A DNA stretch of 64,000 nt from NCBI GenBank assembly GCA_035537775.1, contig DATLLQ010000053.1, positions 19,521 through 83,520 of the forward strand, read 5' to 3'. This document shows positions 27,476 through 37,997 of this stretch, one piece after another. The first letter of the stretch is position 1. Every line of letters starts with the position of its first letter. The notes below the pieces were generated by a model that saw only the letters and a program-made list of their open reading frames with translations, was not told the origin of the DNA and searched no databases. The translations under genes were made by a program, and so were the position numbers. The DNA is from Vicinamibacterales bacterium (GTDB lineage Bacteria > Acidobacteriota > Vicinamibacteria > Vicinamibacterales > UBA2999).

Positions 27476-28840
27476 CTAGTGCGATGGCAGGAACACAGCG
27501 AAGCAGCTACCCTCTGGTCCGGTCGATTCAAGCAGAAGGTTCCCGCCATGCGCTTCGGCGATCCACCGTGCGATTGGTAAACCGAGGCCGGCGCCGTCCG
27601 AATGGCTGTCAAACCGTGCGAACCGGTCAAAGATTCGGTCGCGGTGCTCGGTCGGAATACCCGCTCCATCGTCACTGACACGGATCGCGATCCGTCCGTT
27701 GCCGTCGTTCCGATGAACGTCGACAACGACAGCCCCCTGCGGACGGGCGTGCCGAATCGCGTTATCCAGCAGATTCCCTATCAGTTGCTTCAGAAGTGTG
27801 TCGTCCCCGGAAAATGGCACTTCTGAGTCTCCGCGGGCTCGAATGGTCACCTGCCGTGTGTCGGCAAGCACCTGTGACGCTCGCGCACACTCGGCCACCA
27901 GATCGTCGATATAGAGGGGCTCGGGAATGAGCGGAAGTCCGCGGGCTTCGGCTCGGGCGAGAAGGAACATGGCATCGACAAGACGCTTGAGTCGAGTGGA
28001 TTGTTCTTCAACGATGCCTATGGCTTCGCGGTACTCAGATTCGGACCTGGCTTCTCTCGACAGGGTGACCTGGGCCGTTGTGCGAACAACCGAGACCGGC
28101 GTGCGGAGTTCATGCGAGGCGTCCGCCATGAACTGGCGCTGGCCATTCAGCGCTGTGGCGAGTCGTTCGAGCACGGCGTTGAACGCTCTCGCAAGCTGCC
28201 CGAGTTCATCGTCTACGTGCGGTGGTTGCAGGCGGCCTGAGGGGTCGCGCTCGGTGATCGTTGAGGCCTGGGCCGCAAGGTCCTCGAGGGGCCGCAGCGA
28301 CTGGCGCGCAACCAGCCATCCTCCGATTGCGGCGATGGTCAGCGCCGTCAGCACACCCACCCCAAGCGCGATGAGTAGTTCTCGATGCTCGGCCTGAACC
28401 TCGTCGAGCGACACCGCCACACCAGCTACGTACTGATGCCCACGGTACGTGACTGGGCGACTCACTCCCCGCATTTCCGTGGCGCCAAGTGTGATGGTAG
28501 CGATCGACGGTCGATCCAACGGCGGTTGCCACGGTTGGGCAACGGGGCGACCCCAGGTTTCGAGAACTGAGCCATCGGGCCGCAACAACAGCAGCGTGCG
28601 ATCCGGAGCGACGACCTCGGTACTGGCTTCTTCAGCCGCCGCGTCGAGAGTCAGCCCCTCTCCGAACTCGGTCCGCATCACGCCCTCGAGTGTGAGCATG
28701 AGTCGTTGCAGCTCACCGTCCAGCCGAGCGGCGGTCAGGCGCTCCTGAACGAGGGCGACGGCAACGGCGCCGGTCACGAGCACGACCACCATGACGAGGC
28801 TGTACCACGCCGTGAGACGCGACCTGATCGACAACGTCAT
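27476..28840 (-). CDS. Heavy-metal-type sensor histidine kinase (CusS/CopS-like)
   Basis: The N-terminus SIRSRLTAWYSLVMVVVLV is followed by 2 TM helices with a periplasmic loop, the H-box FMADASHELRTPVSVV and an HATPase_c region. Confidence 0.9.
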   Translation of the reverse strand: MTLSIRSRLTAWYSLVMVVVLVTGAVAVALVQERLTAARLDGELQRLMLTLEGVMRTEFGEGLTLDAAAEEASTEVVAPDRTLLLLRPDGSVLETWGRPVAQPWQPPLDRPSIATITLGATEMRGVSRPVTYRGHQYVAGVAVSLDEVQAEHRELLIALGVGVLTALTIAAIGGWLVARQSLRPLEDLAAQASTITERDPSGRLQPPHVDDELGQLARAFNAVLERLATALNGQRQFMADASHELRTPVSVVRTTAQVTLSREARSESEYREAIGIVEEQSTRLKRLVDAMFLLARAEARGLPLIPEPLYIDDLVAECARASQVLADTRQVTIRARGDSEVPFSGDDTLLKQLIGNLLDNAIRHARPQGAVVVDVHRNDGNGRIAIRVSDDGAGIPTEHRDRIFDRFARFDSHSDGAGLGLPIARWIAEAHGGNLLLESTGPEGSCFAVFLPSH

Positions 28841-28846
28841 GGGCGG

Positions 28847-29530
28847 TTACACCTCGTCGTCGGCGGTCAACATGTAGCCTTCTCCGCGCCGCGTCACGAT
28901 CATGGATACCCGTCCGGGCTCGTCCAGTTTTCTTCTGATCCGCTGGATGCAGACATCAATCACGTTCGACATGGCCTCGAAGGGAATATCCCAGACGTGT
29001 TCCGCGATGTCGCCGCGACTCACAACCTGGTTCGCGTGCAGAACGAGATGCTCCAACAGCGCGTACTCGCGCGCCGTGAGGGTCAGGAGCTTGCCATCCT
29101 TGCTCACGCGTCGCGCACGGGTATCGAGTTGAAGCGGACCGACGCTGAGGAGCGATGGCGTGGGAGGGCGGTGCCCGCGGCGAATGATGGCGCGGAGCCG
29201 CGCGAGTAGCTCGCCAAAGTCGAACGGTTTCGTCAGGTAGTCATCGGCGCCACTGTCCAGGCCGGCGATCCGGGCCTCGACGGCATCACGAGCCGTCAGC
29301 ATCAGGACCGGCACGGCGGATCCTCCCTGGCGGATTGCTTGGCACACGGCGAGGCCATCATGGAGCGGGAGCATTACGTCCAGGATGATCGCGTCGTAGG
29401 CGGTGATCTCTGCCTGGTAGATCGCGCGCGCGCCGTCGCCGACGACATCGACCGCGTAGGCCTGTTCACGCAGGCCCTTCGCCAGCATCTGTGCGGCGCG
29501 CGGTTCGTCTTCGACCAGCAGAATTCGCAT
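28847..29530 (-). CDS. OmpR-family response regulator (CusR/CopR-like)
   Basis: From ORF 28847..29572, with the start moved to MRILLVEDEPRAAQML (ATG 29528-29530). A receiver domain is followed by a winged-helix domain (LTAREYALLEHLV). Confidence 0.9.
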   Translation of the reverse strand: MRILLVEDEPRAAQMLAKGLREQAYAVDVVGDGARAIYQAEITAYDAIILDVMLPLHDGLAVCQAIRQGGSAVPVLMLTARDAVEARIAGLDSGADDYLTKPFDFGELLARLRAIIRRGHRPPTPSLLSVGPLQLDTRARRVSKDGKLLTLTAREYALLEHLVLHANQVVSRGDIAEHVWDIPFEAMSNVIDVCIQRIRRKLDEPGRVSMIVTRRGEGYMLTADDEV

Positions 29531-29575
29531 CAGGAGACGCCTCAGTCTAAGCGTTGATCGCCCACTCTGCACTGT

Positions 29576-29623
29576 GGCGATTCGCCGTTCTGCCTTGCAC
29601 GGCGATCACTCAGGCGAATCGCC
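29576..29623. promoter_or_regulatory. 11-bp inverted repeat GGCGATTCGCC / GGCGAATCGCC in the divergent regulator/GT-C spacer
   Basis: The arms lie at 29576-29586 and 29613-29623, with a third partial copy GGCGATCAC at 29601. Confidence 0.35.
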
Positions 29624-29767
29624 GAAGCGCTCGGGCGGCTCTGTCATCGTTCGTTCATGTACGCGCTGAAATCATCGGCCGGTGCTGCCATGTCCATCGT
29701 CCGGCTTCTCTGGTCCTGACACTGTTCATCGCCGCCGGCCCGGCAGCGGCGCTGGCGGACTTCTCCT

Positions 29768-31432
29768 GTGACCACGCGTTCCGCGGCTCTTGTCGCGGCG
29801 ATCGTGACCGTGTCGTGCGTGCTCTACAACGCCTGGTGCTTCGGATTCGTCCCGCTGGAAGCGGACGCCGTGTCGTACATGTTTCAGGCTCGACTGTTTG
29901 CGCAAGGTCGGGTCACGGCACCACCGCCGCCCTCGCTGGGGTTTCTCCCGTCAGCCAACATGAACGTGGGCAAAGAGGGCGCTCACTCGAAGTACCCGCC
30001 GGGCAACGCCCTGGCCATCGCTCTTGGCGTCGTCGCGGGTGCGCCCTGGCTGATTCCCGCGCTCGCTGCCGGAGGCGCGGTCTATCTCCTTTACCTGATC
30101 CTTCTCGAAACGACCGATCGCAAAACTGCTGGCGTCGGAGTTGTCCTCGCGGCGCTGTCGCCGCCGACGGTGGTAATGGGTGCGGTCTGGTTCAGCGAGA
30201 GCGTCAGCCGGTTCTGTATCGGCCTTTTCCTGTTCGGCGCGCTCCGCGCATTTCGGACCCGGCAAACGGGCTACGCAATCCTGAGCGGCCTCGCGCTCGG
30301 GTATGCCTTCGACACACGGCCGCTGACGGCCGTGGCCATCGGCGCTGCCGCGATGGTCGTGCTGGCCTTTCATTGGCGAACCTCGAACACTCGGCGCGAG
30401 GCGCTTCGACTCGCCGCGTCATTGACGCTCGCAGGCGCGCTCGCCGCGAGTCTCACCTTCTGGTGGAACTTCAAGACGACGGGCGAGTGGCTGACAACGA
30501 GCTTCAGCGCAGAGCAAAAGTACGACCGTCTTGGATTCGGGACGCGAGGCTGGGGCAGCGCGCCCGAGGCCGGCGATCTCGTGCAGTATCAGCCCGTCGA
30601 CGCCGTGCGGCGGACGGTCTTCCGAACCGTGCCGATCGTGCTCCAGAACACACTGGGCGTTGGGTTCTACAGCCCCGACGCGTACGATCGGTTGCTTCAC
30701 GGCACGCTCGCGACCCGCGCCGCCGCCGCCGGCGGGCTCGTGCTCCTCTTGATTCCCGCCGGTCTCATCGGCGCCGGTGCCCTGGCCTGGAATAGCCCGG
30801 TCCCACGGTGGATATTCCTCTCGATACCAACCGTGGTGATCGCGGCGTATGCGTTGTACTTTTTCGACGGGGCCTACTTCGGATCCACGCCGACGAGCGG
30901 TCGCTACTACACGGAGGCGACGATGTTCGGTCTGGTGCCGCTTGCCGCTCGTGGCATCGTCGTCACCCTGGACCGATGGCGGAACTGGCGAGGCCCGCGC
31001 CGTGCGTTCGTGGCGACGGCGTGCGCCGTCCTCGTCGGCTGCTATGGATACAACCAGTACCGGTTCTACGTTTCCCTCTCCGACCGAGCCTCGGGGATGC
31101 GTCAGGCCGACAGAGAGATCCGCACGTTGCCCAGCCGGCGGGCGGTGGCCTTCTTCGAACAACTCAGCCCGACGCCGCTTGGCGACGCTCCGTTCACCGA
31201 TCTGGCAAACGCGCGCGTCATCACGTTCCGGCTGTTCTGCGCGCCTGCGTATGGTTTGAGGGAATCCGATCTCAGCGAGGTGTATCGCCGCTACTTCCAG
31301 GGACGCGAGGCGTTTCTCTTCACGCCAGCCAGGCAGCTGCGGCGACTGAGTGAGGAAGAGCTTGCCAGAGGCACTCCTGGCTGCGGTGAAGGGCAGCCCA
31401 CAACCCAGAAGCGAGTGTGGAACGGTGAATAA
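29768..31432 (+). CDS. Polytopic GT-C-fold glycosyltransferase (ArnT/PMT, GT39-like)
   Basis: GTG start. The first loop (PLEADAVSYMFQARLF) resembles the Dxx(x)Y loop of GT39 enzymes. There are about 11-12 TM helices. The stop overlaps the next start. Confidence 0.7.
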   Translation: MTTRSAALVAAIVTVSCVLYNAWCFGFVPLEADAVSYMFQARLFAQGRVTAPPPPSLGFLPSANMNVGKEGAHSKYPPGNALAIALGVVAGAPWLIPALAAGGAVYLLYLILLETTDRKTAGVGVVLAALSPPTVVMGAVWFSESVSRFCIGLFLFGALRAFRTRQTGYAILSGLALGYAFDTRPLTAVAIGAAAMVVLAFHWRTSNTRREALRLAASLTLAGALAASLTFWWNFKTTGEWLTTSFSAEQKYDRLGFGTRGWGSAPEAGDLVQYQPVDAVRRTVFRTVPIVLQNTLGVGFYSPDAYDRLLHGTLATRAAAAGGLVLLLIPAGLIGAGALAWNSPVPRWIFLSIPTVVIAAYALYFFDGAYFGSTPTSGRYYTEATMFGLVPLAARGIVVTLDRWRNWRGPRRAFVATACAVLVGCYGYNQYRFYVSLSDRASGMRQADREIRTLPSRRAVAFFEQLSPTPLGDAPFTDLANARVITFRLFCAPAYGLRESDLSEVYRRYFQGREAFLFTPARQLRRLSEEELARGTPGCGEGQPTTQKRVWNGE

Positions 31433-32753
31433 CCTGTTGAGAATCGCGCACGCGTCGCTGGCGCTTGTCGCGGCCGCTCTCACCGGATGCGCGGCCGTGA
31501 CGAACGCGCCAACCACAATGGACGTCGACACCGCGATCCGCGCGCGCACGGCGGAGCGGGGGCTGCGGCTCGATCGCGAGGGCGCCCTGCCACCCGATGT
31601 CGATCTCAGCGACGGTCTCACCCAGGAGGAGGCGGTTGCGCTCGCGCTTTGGAACAGCCCCTCGTTCCAGGCGACGCTTTCGGACCTGGGAATTGCCCGC
31701 GCCGATCTTGCGGAGGCGGGGCTGCTGCGCAACCCGATTCTCGCGCTGTTGTTCCCCGTCGGACCAAAGCAGCTCGAGATGACCCTCCAGGTCCCGTTCG
31801 ACGCGCTGATTCAACGGCCGGCGCGAGTCGCGGCGGCACGCATCAACGTTCAGGTGGTCGGCGAACGTCTCGTCTGGGACGCGCTGACCCTGGTGGCGCA
31901 GGTCCGCACGGCACATGCCGATGCGATTACGGCCGAACGCCGCCTGACGCTGGCAATCGAGAACGCCAACCTGACGCGACGACTCGCCGAGATTACCGAC
32001 GCACGGCTCCGCGCCGGAGATATCAGCGACCTCGAAGCTCGTGCGCCACGAAGCGACGCCGCTCGTACCGATGTCGTCCGCCGGGCCGCAGAACACGATC
32101 GCGATCTGGCACGGCTGACGCTCTCGGCGCTTCTGGATCTCAATCAAACACCCGCTCAGGTGCAGCCGCGCCTGTCTGAAGCCTATGAGTCACCGCTCTG
32201 CGTCGTCGATGACAGCCGGCTGAACGATGCGCTCGCGTCGCGGCCAGACGTCCGGGCGGCGGAACTCGCGATCGAAGCTGCCGGCGCGCGCGCTCGATGG
32301 GAACGCTCGCGTGTGATCACACTCATTGGCCTTCTGGACGCCAACGGCGCCGGCCTGGAAGGCTTCGAGAGCGGGCCGGGGTTCTCCGTCGATCTGCCGA
32401 TCTTCAATCGCAACCAGGGAGGGATTGCGCGGGCGACTGTTGAAATCAAACGCGCCAGCTACCTCTATGCCGCGGCCAGGGCCCGTGTAGCCGCCGAGGT
32501 GCGATCGGCGGCCGTCCGCGTGAATCAGGCGCGCCAGGCGCTCGACGCATGGACCGCCGAGATCGTGCCCTCGCTCGAGACTGAACGGCGCCAGGCCGAA
32601 AGCGCCTACGAGGCAGGTGAGGTGGCGCTGTTTGCCGTGCTCGACGTCAGCCGGCGTCTCGTTGACAGTCGCATGCGACAGCTCGACGCCGAGGCCGACC
32701 TGTACCGCTCGCGCATTTCGCTCGAGCGTGCGCTCGGTCGCTATTGCCAGTGA
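31425..32753 (+). CDS. Outer-membrane efflux lipoprotein (TolC/CusC family)
   Basis: From ORF 31350..32753, with the start moved to GTG 31425. This gives VNNLLRIAHASLALVAAALTGC (lipobox). The two halves have the expected repeat architecture. Confidence 0.85.
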   Translation: MNNLLRIAHASLALVAAALTGCAAVTNAPTTMDVDTAIRARTAERGLRLDREGALPPDVDLSDGLTQEEAVALALWNSPSFQATLSDLGIARADLAEAGLLRNPILALLFPVGPKQLEMTLQVPFDALIQRPARVAAARINVQVVGERLVWDALTLVAQVRTAHADAITAERRLTLAIENANLTRRLAEITDARLRAGDISDLEARAPRSDAARTDVVRRAAEHDRDLARLTLSALLDLNQTPAQVQPRLSEAYESPLCVVDDSRLNDALASRPDVRAAELAIEAAGARARWERSRVITLIGLLDANGAGLEGFESGPGFSVDLPIFNRNQGGIARATVEIKRASYLYAAARARVAAEVRSAAVRVNQARQALDAWTAEIVPSLETERRQAESAYEAGEVALFAVLDVSRRLVDSRMRQLDAEADLYRSRISLERALGRYCQ

Positions 32754-33949
32754 ACGTCAGGACGAGGTTCTTCATGCGATTGTCCCTGTCCATGTCCGCG
32801 GTGTGTCTGGTCGTTCCCTTGACGATCGCCTGCGGGCGCGGCGAGAGCAAAGCGCCGCCGCCGAAGGCCGCGCCAGCCAAGGTGCAGCAACCGCGGACGG
32901 AGGCCGATCTGTCAACGGTCACGTTGACACCGGAAGCGGTGACGCGTCTTGGCGTGCAGACGGCGGAGGCCGCGGTTGAGCGGGTGTCCGAGGTGCGCAC
33001 GCTGGGAGGTGAAATCGTGGTGCCGGACGGTCGTCTGGTGGCTGTCACGGCACCGGTGGCCGGGACGCTGACCGCGGTGGGAGATGCCAGGCCGGGCATG
33101 CCCGTGGGACGAGGACAGGCGCTCTTCCGACTCGTCCCGCTTGCCGCCACCGACCGCAACCAGCGGATTGAAGCGGATCGCGCACTGACTGAGGCGCAGG
33201 CGCAGGAACAAGCCGCCCGTCAGCGGCTGCAGCGTCTCGAGCAGCTCCTGAAAGACGGTGCGGCCAGCCAGCGCGCGGTCGAAGAAGCGAGAGCCGACCA
33301 CAGCGTTGCGACAGCGGCCCTGGAAGCAGCTCGCGAACGTGCCACCCAGTCCTCCCGTAACCCGATCGGCCCGCAAGGCGAGATCACCGTCAACGCTCCG
33401 ATTGCCGGCGTTCTGCAGGCAGTCCATGCTGCACAGGGGCAGATGGTCGCTGCCTCAGCCCCCCTCTTCGAGGTCGCGCAGGTCGATCGCCTGTGGATCC
33501 GCGTGCCCGTCTATGCGGGCGATGTGGCTGGCATCGACTCCGCGCAACCGGTTGTCGTATCGAGCCTGCGCGGAGGCACGGCCCGGCAGGCGCGCCGTGT
33601 GACGGCGCCTCCGAGCGCTGATCCGTCGTCCGCATCGGTCAACCTGTTCTTCGAGCTCACCGCAGACGGGACCACGTTCCGCCCAGGCGAACGAGTAACG
33701 GTGCAGTTGCCGCTCAGAGCCGCAGCCGACGGGCTGGTGATTCCGGCGTCGGCAGTCGTTTATGACATTCATGGACAACCGTGGGTCTATGAAGACCTGG
33801 GCGGTCATTCGTACGCGAGGCGGCGCGTCGAAGTTGCGCGGCTCGTCGGTGACCGCGCGATCGTCTCGCGCGGGATTTCTGCCGGCACCAAGGTGGTCAC
33901 TGTGGCAACGGCCGAGCTGTTCGGCGTCGAGTTCGGCGTCGGAAAGTAG
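32744..33949 (+). CDS. RND efflux periplasmic adaptor (CusB/CzcB-like)
   Basis: Signal/lipobox PLTIAC and a coiled-coil hairpin ([20 protein letters not shown]) are followed by beta-barrel domains. An alternative start is ATG 32774. Confidence 0.85.
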   Translation: MPVNVRTRFFMRLSLSMSAVCLVVPLTIACGRGESKAPPPKAAPAKVQQPRTEADLSTVTLTPEAVTRLGVQTAEAAVERVSEVRTLGGEIVVPDGRLVAVTAPVAGTLTAVGDARPGMPVGRGQALFRLVPLAATDRNQRIEADRALTEAQAQEQAARQRLQRLEQLLKDGAASQRAVEEARADHSVATAALEAARERATQSSRNPIGPQGEITVNAPIAGVLQAVHAAQGQMVAASAPLFEVAQVDRLWIRVPVYAGDVAGIDSAQPVVVSSLRGGTARQARRVTAPPSADPSSASVNLFFELTADGTTFRPGERVTVQLPLRAAADGLVIPASAVVYDIHGQPWVYEDLGGHSYARRRVEVARLVGDRAIVSRGISAGTKVVTVATAELFGVEFGVGK

Positions 33950-33957
33950 GGCCCGCC

Positions 33958-36900
33958 ATGATGCAGTGGCTCGTCGCTATCTCCCTCAAGCACCGCGTCG
34001 TCATCGTGGCACTGACGATCCTCATGGCGTTGGTCGCGTGGCGGACGCTGCGGACGACGCCGCTGGACGTCTTCCCCGAGTTTGCGCCGCCCCTGGTCGA
34101 GATTCAGACCGAGGCGCCCGGCCTCTCGTCGAGTGACGTCGAGGCGCTCGTGACGGTGCCGCTCGAAGCCGCACTGACCGGCGTGCCACACCTTGCGACG
34201 CTGCGTTCGAAATCGGTCCTCGGGCTGTCGTCAGTGGTCCTCATCCTCGAGCCCGGCACCAACGTGATGGAAGCGCGCCAGCTGGTGCAGGAGCGGGTTT
34301 CGCGCGCGGCGGCGCAGCTCCCTGGCGTCGCGAAGCCACCGGTGATGCTCTCGCCGCTCTCGTCGCTCAGCCGCGTGATGAAGATTGGCGTCACATCCCA
34401 GCGACTCTCGCAGATCGAGCTCACGACGTTGACGAAGTGGACGATTCGCCCTCGTCTGATGGCCGTGAAGGGCGTCGCCAACGTGGCGATCTGGGGACAG
34501 CGCGACCGCCAGTTGCAGGTCCTGGTGGATCCGGATCGACTGCGCGCTCACGGGCTGTCGATCGACGAAGTCGTCCGCGCGGCCGGGGACGGCGCGTCGC
34601 TGCAGACCGGTGGTTTTCTGGACACCCCAAATCAACGCCTCGCGATCACGCACGCGTCCGCCATTCAGTCAGCCAGTGATCTGGAATCCGTGGTCGTCGC
34701 CTCGCGCAATGGTGCGACGCTGCGTATCGGCGACGTCGCCACCGTGGTCGAGGGATCCCCGCCGCCCATCGGCGATGCGGTCATCAACGACGGGCGCGGG
34801 CTGCTGCTCATCGTCGAAAAGCAGCTCGGCGCCAACACGCTGCAGGTCACGCGCGATGTCGAGGCCGTGCTCACGGAGCTCGCCCCCGGACTGCGCGACG
34901 TGACCGTGGATCCGACGATCTTTCGTCCGGCCACGTTCATCGAGATGTCGCTCGCGAATCTCAACCGCGCACTGCTGGTCGGCTGCGTCCTCGTCATCCT
35001 CGTGCTGATCGTGTTTCTCGCCGACTGGCGGACGGCACTCATCAGTGCCGTCGCGATCCCGCTGTCGCTGCTGGCAGCCGGTCTGCTCCTGCATTATCGG
35101 GGCGGCACGCTCGACACCATGGTGCTCGCCGGACTCGTGATCGCACTTGGCGAAGTCGTGGACGACGCGATCATCGGAGTCGAAAACGTGGTGCGCCGGC
35201 TGCGTCTGAACCGCGCGCTGGATCATCCCCGCCCGGCTATCCAGGTTGTGCTCGAGGCCTCGATCGAGGTCCGCAGCGCCGTGCTCTACGGGACGATGAT
35301 CGTCATGCTGGTCTTCCTGCCGGTGTTCATGCTGCCCGGATTGACGGGCGCGTTCTTTCGTCCGCTGGCGCTGTCGTACGTGCTCGCGATCCTTGCGTCG
35401 CTGGGCGTCGCGCTCACGGTGACGCCGGCGATGTGCCTGTTGCTGCTGAAGAACCGCTCGGATCGCGGGGACGCCCGCCTGGTCGCGTTGATGAAGCGCC
35501 ACTACCGACGCATGCTGCCGGCATTTGTGGACCGGCCGAAATCTGCACTGGCGTCGCTGGGCGTGATGTTCGCGCTGACGGCCGGCATCGTGCCATTCCT
35601 CGGCGAGGAGTTTCTTCCCAACTTTCGCGAATACGACTTCCTCATGCACTGGGTAGAAAAGCCGGGCACGTCGCTCGAGGCGATGACCCGCATCACCGAG
35701 CGGGCGGCGAAGGAGCTGCTGTCGGTCGAGGGTGTCCGCAATCACGGCGCTCACATCGGCCGAGCCGAAGTGGCCGACGAGGTCGTCGGTCCGAACTTCA
35801 CCGAACTGTGGGTCAGCCTGGATCCATCGGTGGACTACGAAGCCACGGTCGCGAAAATTCAAGAGATTGTCGACGGCTATCCCGGCTTGTACCGCGACCT
35901 ACTCACGTATCTGCGTGAGCGCATCAAGGAAGTTCTCACCGGAGCCAGCGCCACGGTCGTCGTCCGAGTGTACGGCCCAGACCTCGCGCAACTTCAGGCT
36001 CAGGCCAAGGCAGTGAGCACCGCGCTCGCGGGGGTCGATGGCGTCGTGGACTTGAAGGTGCAGGCGCAGGTGCTCATCCCGCACGTGGAGGTTCGTTTCA
36101 AACCGGAGCGGGCGGCCATCTTCGGCCTGACACCAGGCGAGGTCCGCCGCCCAGCTGCGACGCTCGTGCAGGGAACCAAGGTCGGCGAGTTTTATCAGGA
36201 CCAGCGCCTGTTTGACGTCGTTGTCTGGGGCACACCAGACGTACGCCGGAACCTGGACACGATCCGCAATCTGCAGATCACGTCGCCGACAGGTGCCGCG
36301 GTGCCGCTCGAAGCGGTCGCGGACGTCGCGGTGAGTGCCGTTCCCAACGAAATTACTCGTGAGAATGGCTCACGCCGGATCGACGTCACGTTCAACGTTC
36401 GGGGGCGCGATCTCGGCGCCGTCGCGCGGGATGTCGAGACGCGGCTTGCCGGTGTGTCATTTGAGCGGGGCTACTTCGCGCATCTCCTTGGAGAGTATGC
36501 CGAGCGTCAGGCCTCTACTCGGCGCCTGCTGCTGTACGGCGGCATTGCCCTCGTGGGCATCTTTCTGATTCTGCTCGTTGACTTCGGAACGCCACGGCTG
36601 GCGATGCTGGTGTTCCTGACGCTGCCGTTCGCTCTCGTTGGCGCAGTCGCCGCGGCATTCTTTACCGGGGGTGTGCTGTCGCTGGGCTCGCTCGTCGGCC
36701 TGGTCACGGTCATCGGCATCGCTGCCCGAAACGGCATCATGCTCGTCAGCCATTACCGACACCTCGAACTCCACGAGGGCATGTCGTTTGGACGCGCACT
36801 GGTGATGCGAGGCGCCGAGGAACGCCTGTCCCCGATCCTGATGACAGCGCTCGCTACGGGTCTGGCGCTCGTGCCGATTGCGCTGGGGGGCAGCCGCGCT

Positions 36901-37041
36901 GGCTACGAAATCGAACATCCGCTCGCGGTAGTCATTCTGGGCGGCCTTGTGACATCCACGTTACTTAACCTCTTTATCGTTCCGGCGTTGTACCTGAAGT
37001 ACGGGCGCTCGGCGGTGGTCAGTCGAACTGGATCGGCGTAG
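33958..37041 (+). CDS. Heavy-metal efflux RND pump (CusA/CzcA family)
   Basis: The protein is 1027 aa with 12 TM helices. The TM4 region [19 protein letters not shown] is of the HME-RND type and, from memory, is closer to the CusA pattern than to CzcA. Confidence 0.9.
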   Translation: MMQWLVAISLKHRVVIVALTILMALVAWRTLRTTPLDVFPEFAPPLVEIQTEAPGLSSSDVEALVTVPLEAALTGVPHLATLRSKSVLGLSSVVLILEPGTNVMEARQLVQERVSRAAAQLPGVAKPPVMLSPLSSLSRVMKIGVTSQRLSQIELTTLTKWTIRPRLMAVKGVANVAIWGQRDRQLQVLVDPDRLRAHGLSIDEVVRAAGDGASLQTGGFLDTPNQRLAITHASAIQSASDLESVVVASRNGATLRIGDVATVVEGSPPPIGDAVINDGRGLLLIVEKQLGANTLQVTRDVEAVLTELAPGLRDVTVDPTIFRPATFIEMSLANLNRALLVGCVLVILVLIVFLADWRTALISAVAIPLSLLAAGLLLHYRGGTLDTMVLAGLVIALGEVVDDAIIGVENVVRRLRLNRALDHPRPAIQVVLEASIEVRSAVLYGTMIVMLVFLPVFMLPGLTGAFFRPLALSYVLAILASLGVALTVTPAMCLLLLKNRSDRGDARLVALMKRHYRRMLPAFVDRPKSALASLGVMFALTAGIVPFLGEEFLPNFREYDFLMHWVEKPGTSLEAMTRITERAAKELLSVEGVRNHGAHIGRAEVADEVVGPNFTELWVSLDPSVDYEATVAKIQEIVDGYPGLYRDLLTYLRERIKEVLTGASATVVVRVYGPDLAQLQAQAKAVSTALAGVDGVVDLKVQAQVLIPHVEVRFKPERAAIFGLTPGEVRRPAATLVQGTKVGEFYQDQRLFDVVVWGTPDVRRNLDTIRNLQITSPTGAAVPLEAVADVAVSAVPNEITRENGSRRIDVTFNVRGRDLGAVARDVETRLAGVSFERGYFAHLLGEYAERQASTRRLLLYGGIALVGIFLILLVDFGTPRLAMLVFLTLPFALVGAVAAAFFTGGVLSLGSLVGLVTVIGIAARNGIMLVSHYRHLELHEGMSFGRALVMRGAEERLSPILMTALATGLALVPIALGGSRAGYEIEHPLAVVILGGLVTSTLLNLFIVPALYLKYGRSAVVSRTGSA

Positions 37042-37071
37042 CGATTCAGAAGCATGAGAACGGAAACGTAG

Positions 37072-37443
37072 ATGCCGAAGCTAATTGACGCCGTCCTCGC
37101 CCTGAACGTCATCATGGGACCGGAAGGCATGACGTCAATGGTCGATCGAATCAACGATCGGCAGGAGGTCGTGTGCTCGGTGCCATCAACATACCCTGTC
37201 ATGCTCGGCATCGTGTTCGAGTCGGAGACTGATTTCCAGATAACGATAGAGGTCCGGCACATGGGTAAGGCACTGTGGCGGGATTCCAGTGCCATAGTCA
37301 GTCCATCGAACGGGCACGGAGAGCGGGCGTTTTCGATCCCGGTCCCGGTGATGAACGCAGGGCCGTCCGTCATCACCCTGCGGTTCAACGGGCAGGAAGT
37401 GTGGACGCACAGAATCTTCTTCGCGCCAGCGGGATCCAGCTGA
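37072..37443 (+). CDS. Hypothetical protein (no signal peptide, beta-rich)
   Basis: A 123-aa ORF starting 30 nt after the pump stop. GC3 is moderately high and the SD is weak. It lies in the low-GC segment. Confidence 0.45.
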   Translation: MPKLIDAVLALNVIMGPEGMTSMVDRINDRQEVVCSVPSTYPVMLGIVFESETDFQITIEVRHMGKALWRDSSAIVSPSNGHGERAFSIPVPVMNAGPSVITLRFNGQEVWTHRIFFAPAGSS

Positions 37444-37526
37444 ACACCAGAGCCTGAATTTCAGTCTTTTGGAACGGCCAGTGAACGTAGAATCGGTCAG
37501 GTGTTTGTTTATAGCGGCGGTGGAGA

Positions 37527-37712
37527 ATGGCCAGAGACAGAAGACTCGCAGAACTTGCCAGAAGCCTGCATCGAGCGTCGGAACGGTTGTGGCTGCGCGT
37601 CGCGGATCCTGATAAATACCTGACAGGTGAAGCTGACATCGAAGCGCTGCAGAAGGCCAACACTGACCTCAATAGAGCTATTACCAAGCTCAAACTCAAA
37701 GCCAGAAAATAG
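37527..37712 (+). CDS. Hypothetical 61-aa coiled-coil-like peptide
   Basis: The translation is MARDRRLAELARSLHRASERLWLRV...LQKANTDLNRAITKLKLKARK. Antisense ORFs of similar length exist, so support is weak. Confidence 0.25.
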   Translation: MARDRRLAELARSLHRASERLWLRVADPDKYLTGEADIEALQKANTDLNRAITKLKLKARK

Positions 37713-37842
37713 ATTGCGCGGCGAGTTCCTGAACGGCGCCGACTGGTCACCCATCGTTCTGACCTTCTCCGTCACGCCGCTGTGATCCCATGGAAATGGC
37801 GGGCTGACCTGCTTTGTCACGAGCGCGTCGGATACTCGTTTC

Positions 37843-37971
37843 ATGAACGAGTTGCTCCAGGGTCTGGCGTCGTACGGCCTTTCAGGATTGCTGCTGGCAG
37901 GTGCCGGCTGGCTTCTCTACAAGATCATTGAGCGGGGATTTGAGTTCAAGGTTCCTCCGAAGGAGGACTAG
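37843..37971 (+). CDS. Hypothetical 42-aa single-TM peptide
   Basis: Hand translation gives MNELLQGLASYGLSGLLLAGAGWLLYKIIERGFEFKVPPKED. It is below the ORF-track length cutoff. It ends at AAGGAGGAC, which could also serve as an SD for the next ORF. Confidence 0.3.
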   Translation: MNELLQGLASYGLSGLLLAGAGWLLYKIIERGFEFKVPPKED

Positions 37972-37997
37972 CTGCGTGTCATGCGTCATACACAACG

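Noticed and set aside
30419-31732. A 437-aa minus-strand ORF
   Set aside because: It is antisense to the GT-C and CusC-like genes, both of which have clear family features. The composition is Arg/Ala/Pro-rich junk.
37385-37844. Minus-strand ORFs of 121 aa and 111 aa in the low-GC insert
   Set aside because: They are mutually overlapping and antisense to the plus-strand small ORFs. Their Ser/Arg/Leu-rich sequences show no signal or TM logic. They cannot be excluded without expression data.
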